Shown in pieces: positions 52,871 to 64,000 of a stretch of 64,000 bases of DNA. How positions within the stretch are numbered: position 1 is the first letter of the stretch; each line of letters starts with the position of its first letter. A program made the position numbers and the translations under genes. The stretch comes from Felis catus (taxonomy: Eukaryota), in contig NC_058369.1 of assembly GCF_018350175.1 (NCBI RefSeq), positions 5,644,001 to 5,708,000 on the forward strand, written 5' to 3'. The notes beneath the pieces were generated by a model that saw nothing but the letters and a program-made list of their open reading frames with translations, was not told the DNA's origin and made no database searches.

Positions 52871-54887
52871 GTCCATTGCCCACCTTTTTTTTTTTTAATC
52901 AATTTTTTAAGTGTCTGTTTTTGAGAGAGAGAGACAGAGCATGAGCAGGGGAGTGGGAAGGGCAGAGAGAGAGGGAGACACAGAATCCGAAGCGGGCTCC
53001 AGGCTCCGAGCTGTCAGCCCAGAGCCCGACGCGGGGCTCGAACCCACAAACCGCGAGATCGTGACATGAGCCGAAGTCGGACGCTTAACCGACTGAGCCA
53101 CCCAGGCGCCCCTTAAGTTACATTTATTAATAGGAGTATCTGCACCACACCTCATAACTCTGAAGGCTAGAACAGTTGATGGTAGGTCTATGTACCTGAA
53201 TCCCATCCTCCAGCCTCCCAAGATCAAAGGTAACATCACTATTCTGACTTTGTTTGTATGCTGTTTACTAAAGAAACAGTTATACCAGACTGATGTTCAT
53301 GCCTAAATAGTACACCGTTTTGTTTGCGTTGCTTCTGAACTTTGTAGAATGATTAATGATTTTACAAGATGGTGAATGGTGTTCCAGAACAATTGTGCTA
53401 ATTTATGCTCCCGCTGTAATAGATCAGATTCTTGATCCTCATCTTCTCTCATGCTTTCTTTGTCCTGTTTATTTTTTTTCAGCCAATGGAATGGGTCTTA
53501 GATTGTATCTGCTAGTCTGGTCTTGCTTTGTTAAGTCCTTGATTATTATTAATGAGACTGAGTCTTGGCCTTGAGTGTTTTCTTTGCTATAAACGTCCAT
53601 GTCTTCTGGTCCTATCTTTTGTTTTCAGATTGGTTGTCCTTTCTTACGGATTTGTAAGTGTACTAGGAACGTCTGGGGGTGTCTCTAGGGATAAAGAGGA
53701 AAGGCATTTGTACTTCTAATTCCTGCCAGATTCCCCTCCACAGGGGGCGCACTGGGACGGGTCCATTTTCCCTGCAAATCCCAACAGAGGATGCTGACAC
53801 TGTGCCGGGAGAGCTGGTGAGAAAGGAATTCATTGTAGTTTTTTCCTTTGCCCCTGGTGTAGGCTGAGTGAGATTGAGCTTGAACTTGAACGTCTCTTCC
53901 CTTGCGTCAAGGCCATTTGCACCTTTCCTGTGGGCCACCTGCTGGTCCTCTTCCTCCCTCCTCCTGCGGATCAGCTCCCTTCCCAGATGTTTGAAAAGCA
54001 GGAGGTGAAATTGACACGGCTTGTCTTTACCATTTCTTCTTGCACAGTCCCATCCCGTAGCCCCTGCTTCCCTCCTTGTTCTTGCCTCCCTCTCCTCTCC
54101 AGATCTTCCCGTCTTCCCATCCCCCCCGACTCGCTCACCCCGCTGCTTCTCCCTCCTCCTGGACGGCTGCTCTCCTCTGTGCTCCTGGCCCTTCCGGTCC
54201 CTCTGGGGGCAGGGGGAGGGGAGAGGGGACAGTCTCCTGACGGAGACACAGCAGTGCCTCCGTCCTCCCCTGTGCTGAGCAGCTTGACCAGATCTGTACC
54301 CCTTCCCCCACCCGTCGGAGGGCCTGGTTTGCCCATCCTGCAGCCTCCAACCCTGCCAGCCCTCCCCATCCCCGCCCTCCACGCGCCTGGAGGCAGCCCC
54401 TCTGGGCCTGCCTGGGGCCTTGTGGCCGAGATTTCTAGAGCTGTGGATGGACACGCCCTTGGCTTGTCCCACGGGAACTCTCCCCCTGGGCCCTATCTCA
54501 CCGTCTCCAGGGAGTCTGCCAGTGTTGAGCAGGGGCTGTGGAGACCCGAACGAGCCTGCGAGCCTGCCCTCTGCCCCCCCTCTGACTTGTGTGGGCCTCG
54601 TACCTTCCCACCTGTAAGCTGGGGGTGGAGTTGGCCGAAGGCTGCGCGGTGCTGGAAGGTGATGGCTTACCTACAGGGCTGGGTACCAGGGATTGAGTCG
54701 CCTGGGGGGGGGGGGGGTCTCCCTGCGCCGCTTGCGGAGTCCCCTGGGGGTGGGCGTGTGTCTTGGGGTGGCGGAGAGGGTCTCATCGGTACGGTATGTA
54801 ATTAGAGTCCCCTTGGGGCCTCCGGGAATGGACGAGGAACTAGAACACGGACACAAGCGCGCTCAGAGAACTTGGCTCCGTTCAAGT

Positions 54888-54893
54888 TTTATT
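54888..54893 (-). terminator. CERS4: CERS4 polyadenylation signal AATAAA
   Basis: TTTATT on plus strand ~265 nt past the stop, with GT-rich sequence downstream on the minus strand. Confidence 0.8.
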
Positions 54894-55157
54894 GGACCCC
54901 TTTCAGCCTGGAGGTGGCTCCGGCGGGCTACCGCCCGCCCTCCCCAGCTCTGTCCAGTTGCCCAAGGGAAGGGAAGGGAAAGGAAGGGAAGGGTGGGCAG
55001 AGAGAGGGGGCTGGAGACAGATCATCAGCCCTGCCCCTGCCCCTGCGGGAGGTCCCTCCCTGTCTCCAGAGCCGCCCCGGGGCCTCCGGTCCTGCCGCCC
55101 CACAAATCCAAGCCACAGGGCCCCGGGAGCAGGCCCGCGAGGCCGGTCTTCGGCTGG

Positions 55158-55316
55158 CTATGTGGCTGGCGCGTGCCCGTTGGCGAGCCGCCCGGCCGCC
55201 CGGCTCCGAGGACCGTCGGTGGGGGCCGCCCCGTTCTTCAGCGGCAGGGACTCCTGGGCCACGTCCCCATCGCTCGAGTCGGCCTCCTCCACGTCGCTGC
55301 GGACGTCCTTCTCCAT
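55158..55316 (-). CDS. CERS4: CERS4 last coding exon ([11 protein letters not shown]...NGHAPAT*)
   Basis: CCAG|ATG acceptor; TAG at 55160-55158. Confidence 0.93.
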   Translation of the reverse strand: MEKDVRSDVEEADSSDGDVAQESLPLKNGAAPTDGPRSRAAGRLANGHAPAT

Positions 55317-58300
55317 CTGGGGGGAAGAGGGGCGGGGCGGGGCGTGAGGGCGGGGCTCCGGGGAGGCGCCCGCGAGCCGCCCCCCTGCCCGGCCCTACCT
55401 GGCCTTTCTTCGTAAAGCTGTAGATCATGCGGAGGATGAGGCAGGACCAGAACACGTGCAGCAGCTGCAGCATCATGAGAAGGCCGTTGAAGAAGTAGTA
55501 GCCGAAGAAGGGGCCCGAGCTGGCAATGGACTCGTAGTATGTGGTGTAGAGGATCCTGCAGCAGGTGAGGAGGGGGGAGAGGTGGGGCTTCACCAGGCAC
55601 CGGGCACCACCCCCGTCCCTCCGGCCCTGGGGACCGCTCGGTCTAGGGCGACCTTCTTGGCTCCAGAACCTTCCGTGGCTCCCCACTGCCCCCCGAGTGA
55701 CACCTAGGCCCTCCGGGCATTTAAGTGTCCCTTCTCGCCCGGTTGTGTTAAGCTGTGAGAACGCACAGCTTGCCCGCCGGCCATTCAGGCCCACGAGCTG
55801 CAAACTCCGGACGGGGAGCTCTCTCTCTGGAGCCCCAGGCTGGTGCACCCGCTGCCTCCTCCAGGACACTTCCGGGGACCCCACAGGTCCCTCGAACCGG
55901 CCCACCCAAAGCTCGGCTCCTGATCCTCAAGCAACAGCTCTGAGCTCATTCCCATTTTATGACCCTCGGGGGACCCCGGGCCCACCCACCTCTGTCACCT
56001 GCACCGCACCCTCCAGGCGCCCCCCAGCTCCTGCTCAGGTCTCCCACCGGCCGGTCCCCAGCAGCTGCCAGGGGGCGCCTGTGAGCCTGAGTCAGGTCTG
56101 TCCCTCTCCCACCCGCAGCCCTCCAGGGCTCTCTGCTCATTGGGTAAAAGCCCAAGTCCTCCCCGTGACCCCCAAGATCCTGTGCCACCTGCCCTGTCCC
56201 CTCCTCCCTTGTTCACTCAGCTCCAGCCACACGGGTCTCCTCGCTGTGCCTCCAACACACCAGGCCTGGTCCTGCCCTAGGGCTTTTGCACATGCCGTGC
56301 CTGGGCCACTCTTCCCCTACGATCAGTGTGCTTCTCTCCCTCCAGTCTCTCCGAATCTCGTCAGTGACCAGCTACCTACACACTTCCTGTGCCTTCCTGA
56401 CCTCATTTTCTCTTTAGCACATCACTCCCTCAGGCTTTACATTTTACCTGTTTGCTTTATTTCTTCTATTCCCCTGCCCACCCCCAGTGTCAGCTCCACG
56501 TGAGCAGAGATCTTCATGTTGTTCCCTCTGCCAGGAGAGGCTCAGCAAATAGACTGGGGAAAGACTTTAGTGAGCAGGTGCCCAACCCTGCCCCCTACTC
56601 CATGTTCTGGGCACATGGGAGAATGACCGCGCCCAGTTTTCTGTCTCTCCTGCCACTGGGCCTTTGTATATGCTGTGTCCAGTCCCAGGGACACCGTTCC
56701 TGGCCCTCCCCTGAAAGCCTCCAGGCCAACACCCCCAGCTCCCTGGGTGAGGGAACCGAGGGTGAGGCAGGCCTGGATCTCAGGCACTCCCCTCTCCTCA
56801 ACCAGCACGAGGGCAGACTCACTGCGTAGGGAAGAGCACGAGGCGAGTGTAGAAGAAGACCAAGGAGAAGATGATGAAGAGGGTATCGCATGCTTTCCGC
56901 CAACGCGTGTAATTGAATATCTTACAGGCCTGGGAGGGGGGCAACGGAGAGGATCGGACTCAGGCACAGGGTGGGCACAATGGTGCCACCACAATGGTGG
57001 GCACAGGGGAAGTAGGTGGGGAGGGGGAAGGGCGGGGCCTCCTCTCCAGGAGCCGTCTAGAAAGCTAAAGTGGGTGCAGCCAAGAATCCTTTATCCAGCG
57101 AGGCTGTCATTCAAAAATAGGAGGAGACAGAGAGTTTCCCAGACAAACAAAAACTAAAGGAGTTTGCAACCACTAAACTAGCCCTGCAAGAAATTTTGAG
57201 GGGGCCTCTGAGGGGAGAAAAGACGAGAGAAAAAAAAAAAAAAGGACCAAAAGCAACAAAGACTAACTCTGCAGGCAACAGATTCATATCTTTCAGTACT
57301 CACTCTAAATGACAATGGACTCAGTGATCCAATCAAAAGACAGAGGGTAACAGAATGGATAAGAAAACAAGATCCATCTATAGGCTGTTTACAAGAGACC
57401 CACTTTAGACCTAAAGACACCTTCAGATTGAAAGTAAGGGGACGGAGAACCATCTATCATGCTAACGGTCGCCAAAAGAAAGCCGGAGTAGCCATACTTA
57501 GACAATCTAGACTTTAAAGACTGTAACAAAAGATGAAGAAGGGCATTATATCATAATTAAGGGGTCTATCCAAGAATACATAACAATTGTAGACATTTAT
57601 GTGCCAAATGTGGAACACCCAGATATATAAATCAATTAATCACAAACATAAAACTCATTGATAATAATACCATAATAGTGGGGGGCTTCAACACCCCACT
57701 TACAGCAATGGACAGATCATTTAATCAAAAAACCAACAACAAGGAAACAAAGGCTTTGAATGACACACTGGACCAGAGGGACTTAACAGATATACTCAGA
57801 ACGTTTCATCCTAAAGCAGCAGAATATACATTCTTCTCCAGTGCACATGGAACGTTCTCCAGAATAGATCACATACTGGGACACAAATCAGCCCTCAACA
57901 AGTACAAAAAGATTGAGATCATGCCGTGCATACTTTCAGACCACAATGGTATGAAACTCAAAATCAACCACAAGAGAAAATGTGGAAAGATAACAAATAC
58001 TTGGAGATTAAAGACCATCCTACTAAAGAATGAATGGGCTAACCAAAAAGTTAAAGAGGAACTTAAAAACATGGAAGCCAGTGAAAATGCCCAGAACCAG
58101 CCCCAAACCTCTGGGATGCAGCAAAGGCGGTCATAAGAGGGAAGTATATAGAAATCCAGGCCTTCCTAAAGGAGGAAGGAAGGTCTCAGATACACAAGCT
58201 AACCTTAACACCTTAAACAGCTGGAAAAAGAACAGCAAGTAAAACCCCAAACCAGCAGAAGACAGGAAATAATAAAGGTTAGAGCAGAAATCAATGCTAT

Positions 58301-61300
58301 CAAAACAAAAAAAGAACCCAAACAAACATTAGAACAGATCAAGGAAACTAGGAGCTGGTTCTTCGAAAGAATTAACAAAACTGATAAACCCCTAGCCAGT
58401 TTGAGCAAAAAGGAAAGGACCCAAATAAATAAAATCAAGAATGAAAGAGGAGAGAGAGCACAACCAACACAGCAGAAATAAAAACAATAAGAGAATATTA
58501 TGAGCAATTATACGCCAATAAAATGGGCAATCTGGAAGAAATGGAGAAATTCCTAGAAACATATACACTACCAAAATTGAAACAGGAAGAAATAGAAAAT
58601 TTGAACAGACCCATAGCCAGTAAGGAAATCGAATTAGTAATCAAAAATCTCCCCAAAAAACAGAGTCCAGGGCCAGATGGCTTTCCAGAGGAATTCTACC
58701 AAACATTTAAGGAAGAGTTAACACCTATTCTCTTGAAGCTGTTCCAAAAAATAAAAATGGAAGGAGAACCTCCAAACTCTATGAAGCCAGCATTACCTTG
58801 ATTCCAAAACCAAAGACCCCACTAAAAAGGAGAACTATAGACCAGTTTCCCTGATGAACATGGATGCAAAAATCCTCAACAAGATACTAGCCAACCGGAT
58901 CCAACAATACATTCAAAGAATTATTCACCACGACCAAGCAGTAATTATACCTGGGATGTAGGGCTGGTTCAATATCCACAAAACAATCAATGTGATTCAT
59001 CACATCAATAAAAGAAAGTGCAAGAACCACATGACCCTCTCAATAGATGCAGAGAAAGAATTTGACAAAGTACAGCATCTTTCTTCATAAAAACCCTCAA
59101 GAAGGTGGGGATAGAAGGATCATACCTCGAGATCATAAAAGCCATATATGAAAGACCCAACGCTAATATCCTCCTCAATGGGGAGAAACTGAGAGCTTCC
59201 CCGCTAAGGTCAGGAACAAGACAGGGATGTCCAATCTCACCACTGTTATTCAACATAGTATTGGAAGTCTTAGCCTCAGCAGACAGCACAAAGAAATAAA
59301 AGGCATCCAAATTGGCCAGGAGGAGGTCAAACTTTCACTCTTTGCAGATGACGTGATACTCTATATGGAAAACCCAAAAGATTCCACCAAAAAACTGCTA
59401 GAACTGATCCATGAGTTCAGCAAAGTCGCAGGATATAAAATCAATGCACAGAAATCGGTTGCATTCCTATACACCAATAATGAAGCAACAGAAAGAGAAA
59501 TCAAGGAATTGATCCCATTTACCATTGCACAAAAACCGTAAAATACCCAGGAATAAATCTAACCAAAGAGGTGAAAAAGCTACACACTGAAAACTATAGA
59601 AAGGTTATGAAAGAAATTGAAGACGACACAAAAAAAGGGAAAAATATTCCATGCTCCTGGATAGGAAGAACAAATATTGTTAAAACGTCAATACTACCCA
59701 AAGCAATCTACATACTCAATGCAATACCTATCAAAATAACACCAGCATTCTTCAGAGCTAGGACAATCCTAAAATGTGTATGGAACCAGAAAAGACCCTG
59801 AATAGCCAAAGCAATCCAGAAAAAGAAAACCAAAGCTGGAGGCACCGCAATCCCGGACTTCAAGATGTATTATAAAGCTGTAATCATCAACACAGTATGG
59901 TACTGGCACAAAAACAGACACTCAGATCCATGGGACAGAACAGAGGACCCAGAAATGGACCCACAAACGTATGGCCAACTAGCCTTTGACAAAGCAGGAA
60001 AGAATATCCAATGGAATAAAGACAGTCTCTTCAGCAAGTGGTGATGGGAAAACTGGACAACAGCATGCAGAAAAATGAACCTGGACCACTTTCTTACACC
60101 ATATCCAAAAATAAACTCAAGATGGATGAAAGACCTCAATCTAAGACAGGAAGCCATCAAAATTCTCGAGGAGAAAGCAGGCAAAAATATCTTTGACCTT
60201 ACCACAGCAACTTCTTAGTCAACACGTCTCCGGAGGCAAGGGAAACAAAAGCAAAAATGAACTACTGGGACCTCATCCAAATAAAAAGCTTCTGCACAGT
60301 GAAGGAAACAATCAGCAAAACTAAAAGGCATCCGACGGAATGGGAGAAGATATTTGCAAACGACATATCAGATAAAGAGATCCAAAATCTATAAAGACCT
60401 TATCAAACTCAACACCCCGAAAACAAATAATCCAGTGAAGAAATGGGCAAAAGACATGAATAGACACTTCTCCAAAGAAGACATCCAGATGGCCAACCGA
60501 CACATGAAAAAATGCTCAACATCACTCGTCATCAGGGAAATACAAATCAAAACCACAATGAGGTACCACCTCACACCCATCAGAATGGCTAACATGAACA
60601 ACTCAGGCAACAACAGATGTTGAGAGGATGCGGAAAGAGAGATCTCTTTTGCATTGTTGGTGGGACACAAGCTGGTGCAGCCACTCTGGAAAACAATCTG
60701 GAGGTTCCTCAAAAAATTAAAAATAGAACTATCCTACGACCCAGCACTTGCACTACTAGGCATCTGTCCAAGGGATACAGGTGTGCTGTTTTGAAGGGGC
60801 ACATGCAACCCAATGTTTACAACAGTGCTATCAACAATCGCCAAAGTATGGAAAGAGCCCATATGTCCATTGACAGATGAATGGATAGAGAAGATGTGGT
60901 ATATACATACAATGGAGTATTACTCGGCAATCAAAGAGAATGAAATCTTGCCATTTGCAACTACATGGATGGAACCTAGAGGGTATTATGCTAAGCGAAA
61001 TTAGAGAAAGACAAATATAGGACCTCACTCATATGAGGACTTTAAGACACAGAACAGATGAACACAAGGGAAGGGAAGCAAAAATAATATAAAAACACGG
61101 AGGGGGACAAAAGGTAAGAGACTCTTAAATATGGAGAACAAACAGAGGGTTACTGGAGGGGTTGTGGGAGGGGGACGGGCTAAATGGGTACTAAGGAATC
61201 TACTCCTGAAATTATTGTTGCACCATATGCTAACTAACTTGGATGTAAATTTAAAAATAAAAAAAATTGGGGCGCCTGGGTGGCTCAGTCGGTTAAGCAT

Positions 61301-63806
61301 CCGACTTTGGCTCAGGTCATGATCTCACAGCTGGAGACTTTGTGCTGACAGCTCAGAGCCTGGAGCCCGCTTTGGATTCTGTGTCTCCCTCCCTCTCTGC
61401 CCCTAACCCACTCGCATTCTGTCTCAAAAATAAACATTAAAAAATATTTTTTTTTTAATAAAAAAAATGTAAAAAGAAAGGTAAAGTGTGTGTTTCTGGG
61501 AGCGGGAGGAGCTTCAGGTCCCAGGAAGCCAGGAGGGGGCGTGGCCTCATCTCCCAGGAAGGCGGGACGAGGGCGGAGCGAGGCGAGGCGGGGCGAGGGC
61601 GGGGCGGGGCCAGGCCCACCTCCAGGAGGTAGTCCGAGGCGTCGTGCAGCAGCAGCACCAGAGAGCCGATGCGCAGCAGGTTTGCGCTGTAGGAGAAGAC
61701 GATCAGGGTGATGGTCACGAAGTGGTGTGCCACCTGCTCCTTGAAATCCTGCGGGAGATGGTGGGTCACAGCAGGGAGGAGGTTGGGTGGCAGGGCCCCC
61801 CCCCCCCAACCGGGCTGGTTGCATCTGTACCTCGTGGACTCTGGGCCTCCGGCCTGAGGCCACCAGGGGGTTTCCGGGTGTGGGGTGAGGCCATCCCTCC
61901 GGTTGGAGACTGGGTCACAACTCCCCCAGGGCATCACTGCCCAGTCAGATTCTGGGCCTCACCTTGCGCTTGACATCCAAGTGCAGCGTGATCAGCAGTG
62001 AGATGTAGAAACTCAGCTCCAGGAGGTACCAATAGTACAGGCCCGGTTTCAGGGGCTGCGGCGGGGCGGGGCAAGGTTAGCCGTGGGGAGTCGAGGCTCC
62101 CATGGGGCAGGGGCCTCCCTGTTCGCTCAAAACCAGGACCTCTGGATCCAAATGACTGGGGAAGGTGGGGGCGGTCAAGGGCAGGGGGTCTGTGGCGGCT
62201 CCTGCTCCAGGGTTCCTGGCTTCTGGCCTCTGCCCACTCCACAGGGGAGGCGGAAATACTGTGGCCCTCAGGGGTGTCCTGTGATGTCCAGGTTTGGCTC
62301 CCCCCCCTGTGGCTACAGGGGCTCTGACCATCCCCGCCCTCCCACCGGCCTGGGAGCCCCGCCCACCACTCACCTGATCTGGGTAATTGTCCCAGCACAT
62401 CACCGGTGTCCACAGCCATGACTCCTGCAGGGACCCGGGAGTCTGAAGCTGCCCAAAGGTCAGAGCCCAGCCCTCTACTCCCCAGGTGCGCCCTCCCCTG
62501 GGCTGCTCTCACTCTAGACCGAGGGTTGTCGGCTGCACACCCCCGGCTCCCCGCGCACAGCATGTCCTCAGCAGGCACCTGAGTGATCTGCCAGGACCCC
62601 TCCCAGCCCTCTCCCCTTCTCTGTGCCTTTGCGCGCTTCCCTCCTCTGCCCGAACCCCTCCACGGCCCCCAGCCCAGGCCCTGGGCACAGCAAGTGCCTG
62701 TGGGATCGATGGGGGTGGGGGGGCAGGGAAACGGGCAGGTGCACTCACGTGGTAGAGGACAGAGAGGCCACCGAAGAAGGAGCACAGGTAGAAGACAAAC
62801 CTCCAGCTGCAGATGGCGAGGGAGCCCGTGAGGCAGCCGCCAGGGGAGCAGACCCCCCCCCCCGGCACCCCTCCCCCCTCCCCCCGCAGCCCCACCCCAG
62901 GCTTACCTGGCCTCACAGAACTTCTTGCTCAGGCAGGGCCGGTCTTGGTTCCGGCGTCTCCGGAACCAGCGCCGGGTCTGTTGCAGCGTGAGGCCACACT
63001 GGGCAGCGAGGAAGGCCATCTGGGGCTGGGGAGGGGCGACAGGGGTCACAGAGGTGGCCCTCCTGCCCCTGTCCCAGGACAGGTGAGACCCAGCTGCGTC
63101 CCCCCCCTCCCCTGCTGCCCCAGGCCTTGCCTGTGGGCCTGTCTACCTATGCACGCGGGGAGTAGGGGGGTTCACAGCGTGGGGTCCCCCCAAAGAGGCC
63201 ATATAAAAAGCAGTCCTGCTCACAGGACAGGCAGGTGGCTGATGGGGCTGGGACTAAAAAAGGGCCGGGGCTGGGGCAGCCCCCTCCTAGAGGTTTTCCT
63301 GGAACACTCAGGTCTTATCCCCACCCCAGGGAGGCAGTTGAGACCTTGCCTCCCACCCCTACCTTCAGAGGGAGGTGGACAAGGGAGGAAGAATCCCAAG
63401 GCCCTGAGCCACACCCACCGGATGGGCACAGGGGAGGTCACAGGCCTGCTCTGGTCTCCCCCACCCCCAGAGCAGTCTAGCCTTCTGTTCCTCACCAGCT
63501 CAGCAGAGACCTGGTCTCCCCACCTCCGTCCCAGGATGTGCCCACTGGGCAGCTGGGATGGCCGGTGGGGTGGGGAGAGGGGCACTGGGCTTTCCCTGTT
63601 GACGACTGGGCGTCATCCCAACCCCTGGGGCCCCATCCGCAAGGCAGCCGTGCAGGCCGATGGGGGGGGGGCGTCAGGGGGCTCTCACCTCCTTGGGTTT
63701 ACACCCCTCTGTGAGGAAGTATTTCTCCAGAGTGGCATTTGACTTTGCTGGCCTCCTGGCCTGATCTCGCACACCCAGCCACCGGCTCAGGGGCAGGCCG
63801 ATAAAT
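55158..63806 (-). CDS. CERS4: Ceramide synthase 4, 5'-partial, complement(join(55158..55316,55399..55555,56823..56929,61620..61748,61963..62055,62374..62424,62749..62806,62907..63025,63689..63806)); 329 aa visible
   Basis: [15 protein letters not shown], homeobox-like [15 protein letters not shown]/Lag1p motif [12 protein letters not shown]...[21 protein letters not shown]-terminal DVRSDVEE; all GT-AG and in frame; first coding exon beyond 64000. Confidence 0.96.
55399..55555 (-). CDS. CERS4: CERS4 exon (ILYTTYYES...FTKKGQ)
   Basis: GCAG|G acceptor; CAG|GTAGGG donor. Confidence 0.94.
56823..56929 (-). CDS. CERS4: CERS4 exon ([36 protein letters not shown])
   Basis: CCAG|GCC acceptor; CA|GTGAGT donor. 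Confidence 0.93.
57059..61492 (+). mobile_element. 5'-truncated, degraded LINE-1 (carnivore L1_Fc-like): ORF1 C-terminus, fragmented ORF2 (endonuclease, RT, Cys-rich), 3' UTR and A-tail; antisense in a CERS4 intron
   Basis: Peptide remnants [71 protein letters not shown]; many frameshifts; TSD AGAAAG(C/G)TAAAGTG(G/T)GTG at 57059-57076 and 61475-61492. Confidence 0.95.
61269..61445 (+). mobile_element. Can-SINE inserted in the A-tail of the CERS4-intronic L1
   Basis: GGGGCGCCTGGGTGGCTCAGTCGGTT head directly after the L1 A-run and inside the L1 TSDs; internal deletion. Confidence 0.88.
61620..61748 (-). CDS. CERS4: CERS4 exon (Lag1p motif [10 protein letters not shown]...HDASDYLLE)
   Basis: GCAG|GAT acceptor; GAG|GTGGGC donor; catalytic HH and Asp residues. 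Confidence 0.95.
61963..62055 (-). CDS. CERS4: CERS4 exon ([31 protein letters not shown])
   Basis: GCAG|CCC acceptor; AAG|GTGAGG donor. Confidence 0.93.
62374..62424 (-). CDS. CERS4: CERS4 exon ([17 protein letters not shown])
   Basis: GCAG|GAG acceptor; CAG|GTGAGT donor. Confidence 0.93.
62749..62806 (-). CDS. CERS4: CERS4 exon ([19 protein letters not shown])
   Basis: GCAG|C acceptor; CAC|GTGAGT donor. Confidence 0.93.
62907..63025 (-). CDS. CERS4: CERS4 exon (homeobox-like, [11 protein letters not shown]...KKFCEAS)
   Basis: CCAG|CCC acceptor; AG|GTAAGC donor. Confidence 0.94.
63689..63806 (-). CDS. CERS4: CERS4 exon ([11 protein letters not shown]...CKPKE)
   Basis: CCAG|A acceptor; GAG|GTGAGA donor. 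Confidence 0.93.
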
Positions 63807-64000
63807 CTGGGTGCAGGGGAGACAGAGCCGGTCAATCCAGGTGGGGAAACTGAGGCTCCGAGGGGCCAGGTCACACGCTGGAACCCTGGAGGGGTAGGCT
63901 GGCCGCCGTACTGGACCAAACCTAGGAAGGGCAGCTGGATGGGTGGGTCTTCAGGATGGGGATGCGAAGGTTAACTTTTGGGGCACTCGGCCAGCGGCAC

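Larger units (their letters stand above)
34230..53112. mobile_element. SINE-dense intergenic block: roughly 25-30 Can-SINEs (mostly minus strand) nested in old L1/L2/MaLR fragments
   Basis: Recurrent CTGAGCCACCCAGG(C/T)GCCCC ends, e.g. 34720, 35717, 40510, 41919, 43547, 45090, 48445, 48677, 51857, 53112; plus-strand copies at 35161, 36936, 47185-47720, 51238. Confidence 0.85.

Noticed and set aside
53736..53752. CTCF-like TCCACAGGGGGCGCAC downstream of CERS4
   Set aside because: 5' half fits the consensus poorly and it is an isolated short motif in degraded repeat-like sequence; insufficient support
53663..56503. ORFs of 240-325 aa around the CERS4 3' end
   Set aside because: Purine/pyrimidine-biased or antisense GC-rich sequence; the only real coding parts are the CERS4 exons
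57280..61004. L1 ORF2 as an active or domesticated reverse transcriptase, or a novel RT system
   Set aside because: Broken into many short frames by stops and frameshifts, 5'-truncated without promoter; ordinary dead L1

Overview
Mammalian (feliform carnivore, most likely a felid, judged from dense SINEC_Fc-type Can-SINEs and L1_Fc-like LINEs) GC-rich genomic DNA syntenic with human 19p13.2. Gene order: KANK3 (+, complete, 10 coding exons, 804 aa), RPS28 (-, 69 aa), NDUFA7 (+, 113 aa, head-to-head with RPS28), CD320 (+, 5 exons), a ~24 kb repeat-filled intergenic region, then the last 9 coding exons of CERS4 (-, N-terminus lies beyond the window), with a ~4.4 kb degraded L1 in one intron. All exon joins were read manually, use GT-AG and keep frame, except CD320 exon 3, which is 1 nt short (233 nt) and frameshifts the second LDL-A repeat. 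I found no convincing novel multi-gene system. The best leads are the CD320 frameshift (assembly error or real allele), which would give an NMD-escaping secreted form and is exactly compensated by intron-4 retention; a diverged ~190 bp direct duplication bracketing CD320 exon 1; an in-frame stop-free KANK3 intron; and inverted SINEs around the symmetric NDUFA7 exon 3. Comparisons with human proteins and repeat consensuses are from memory, not from a database search; repeat boundaries are approximate.
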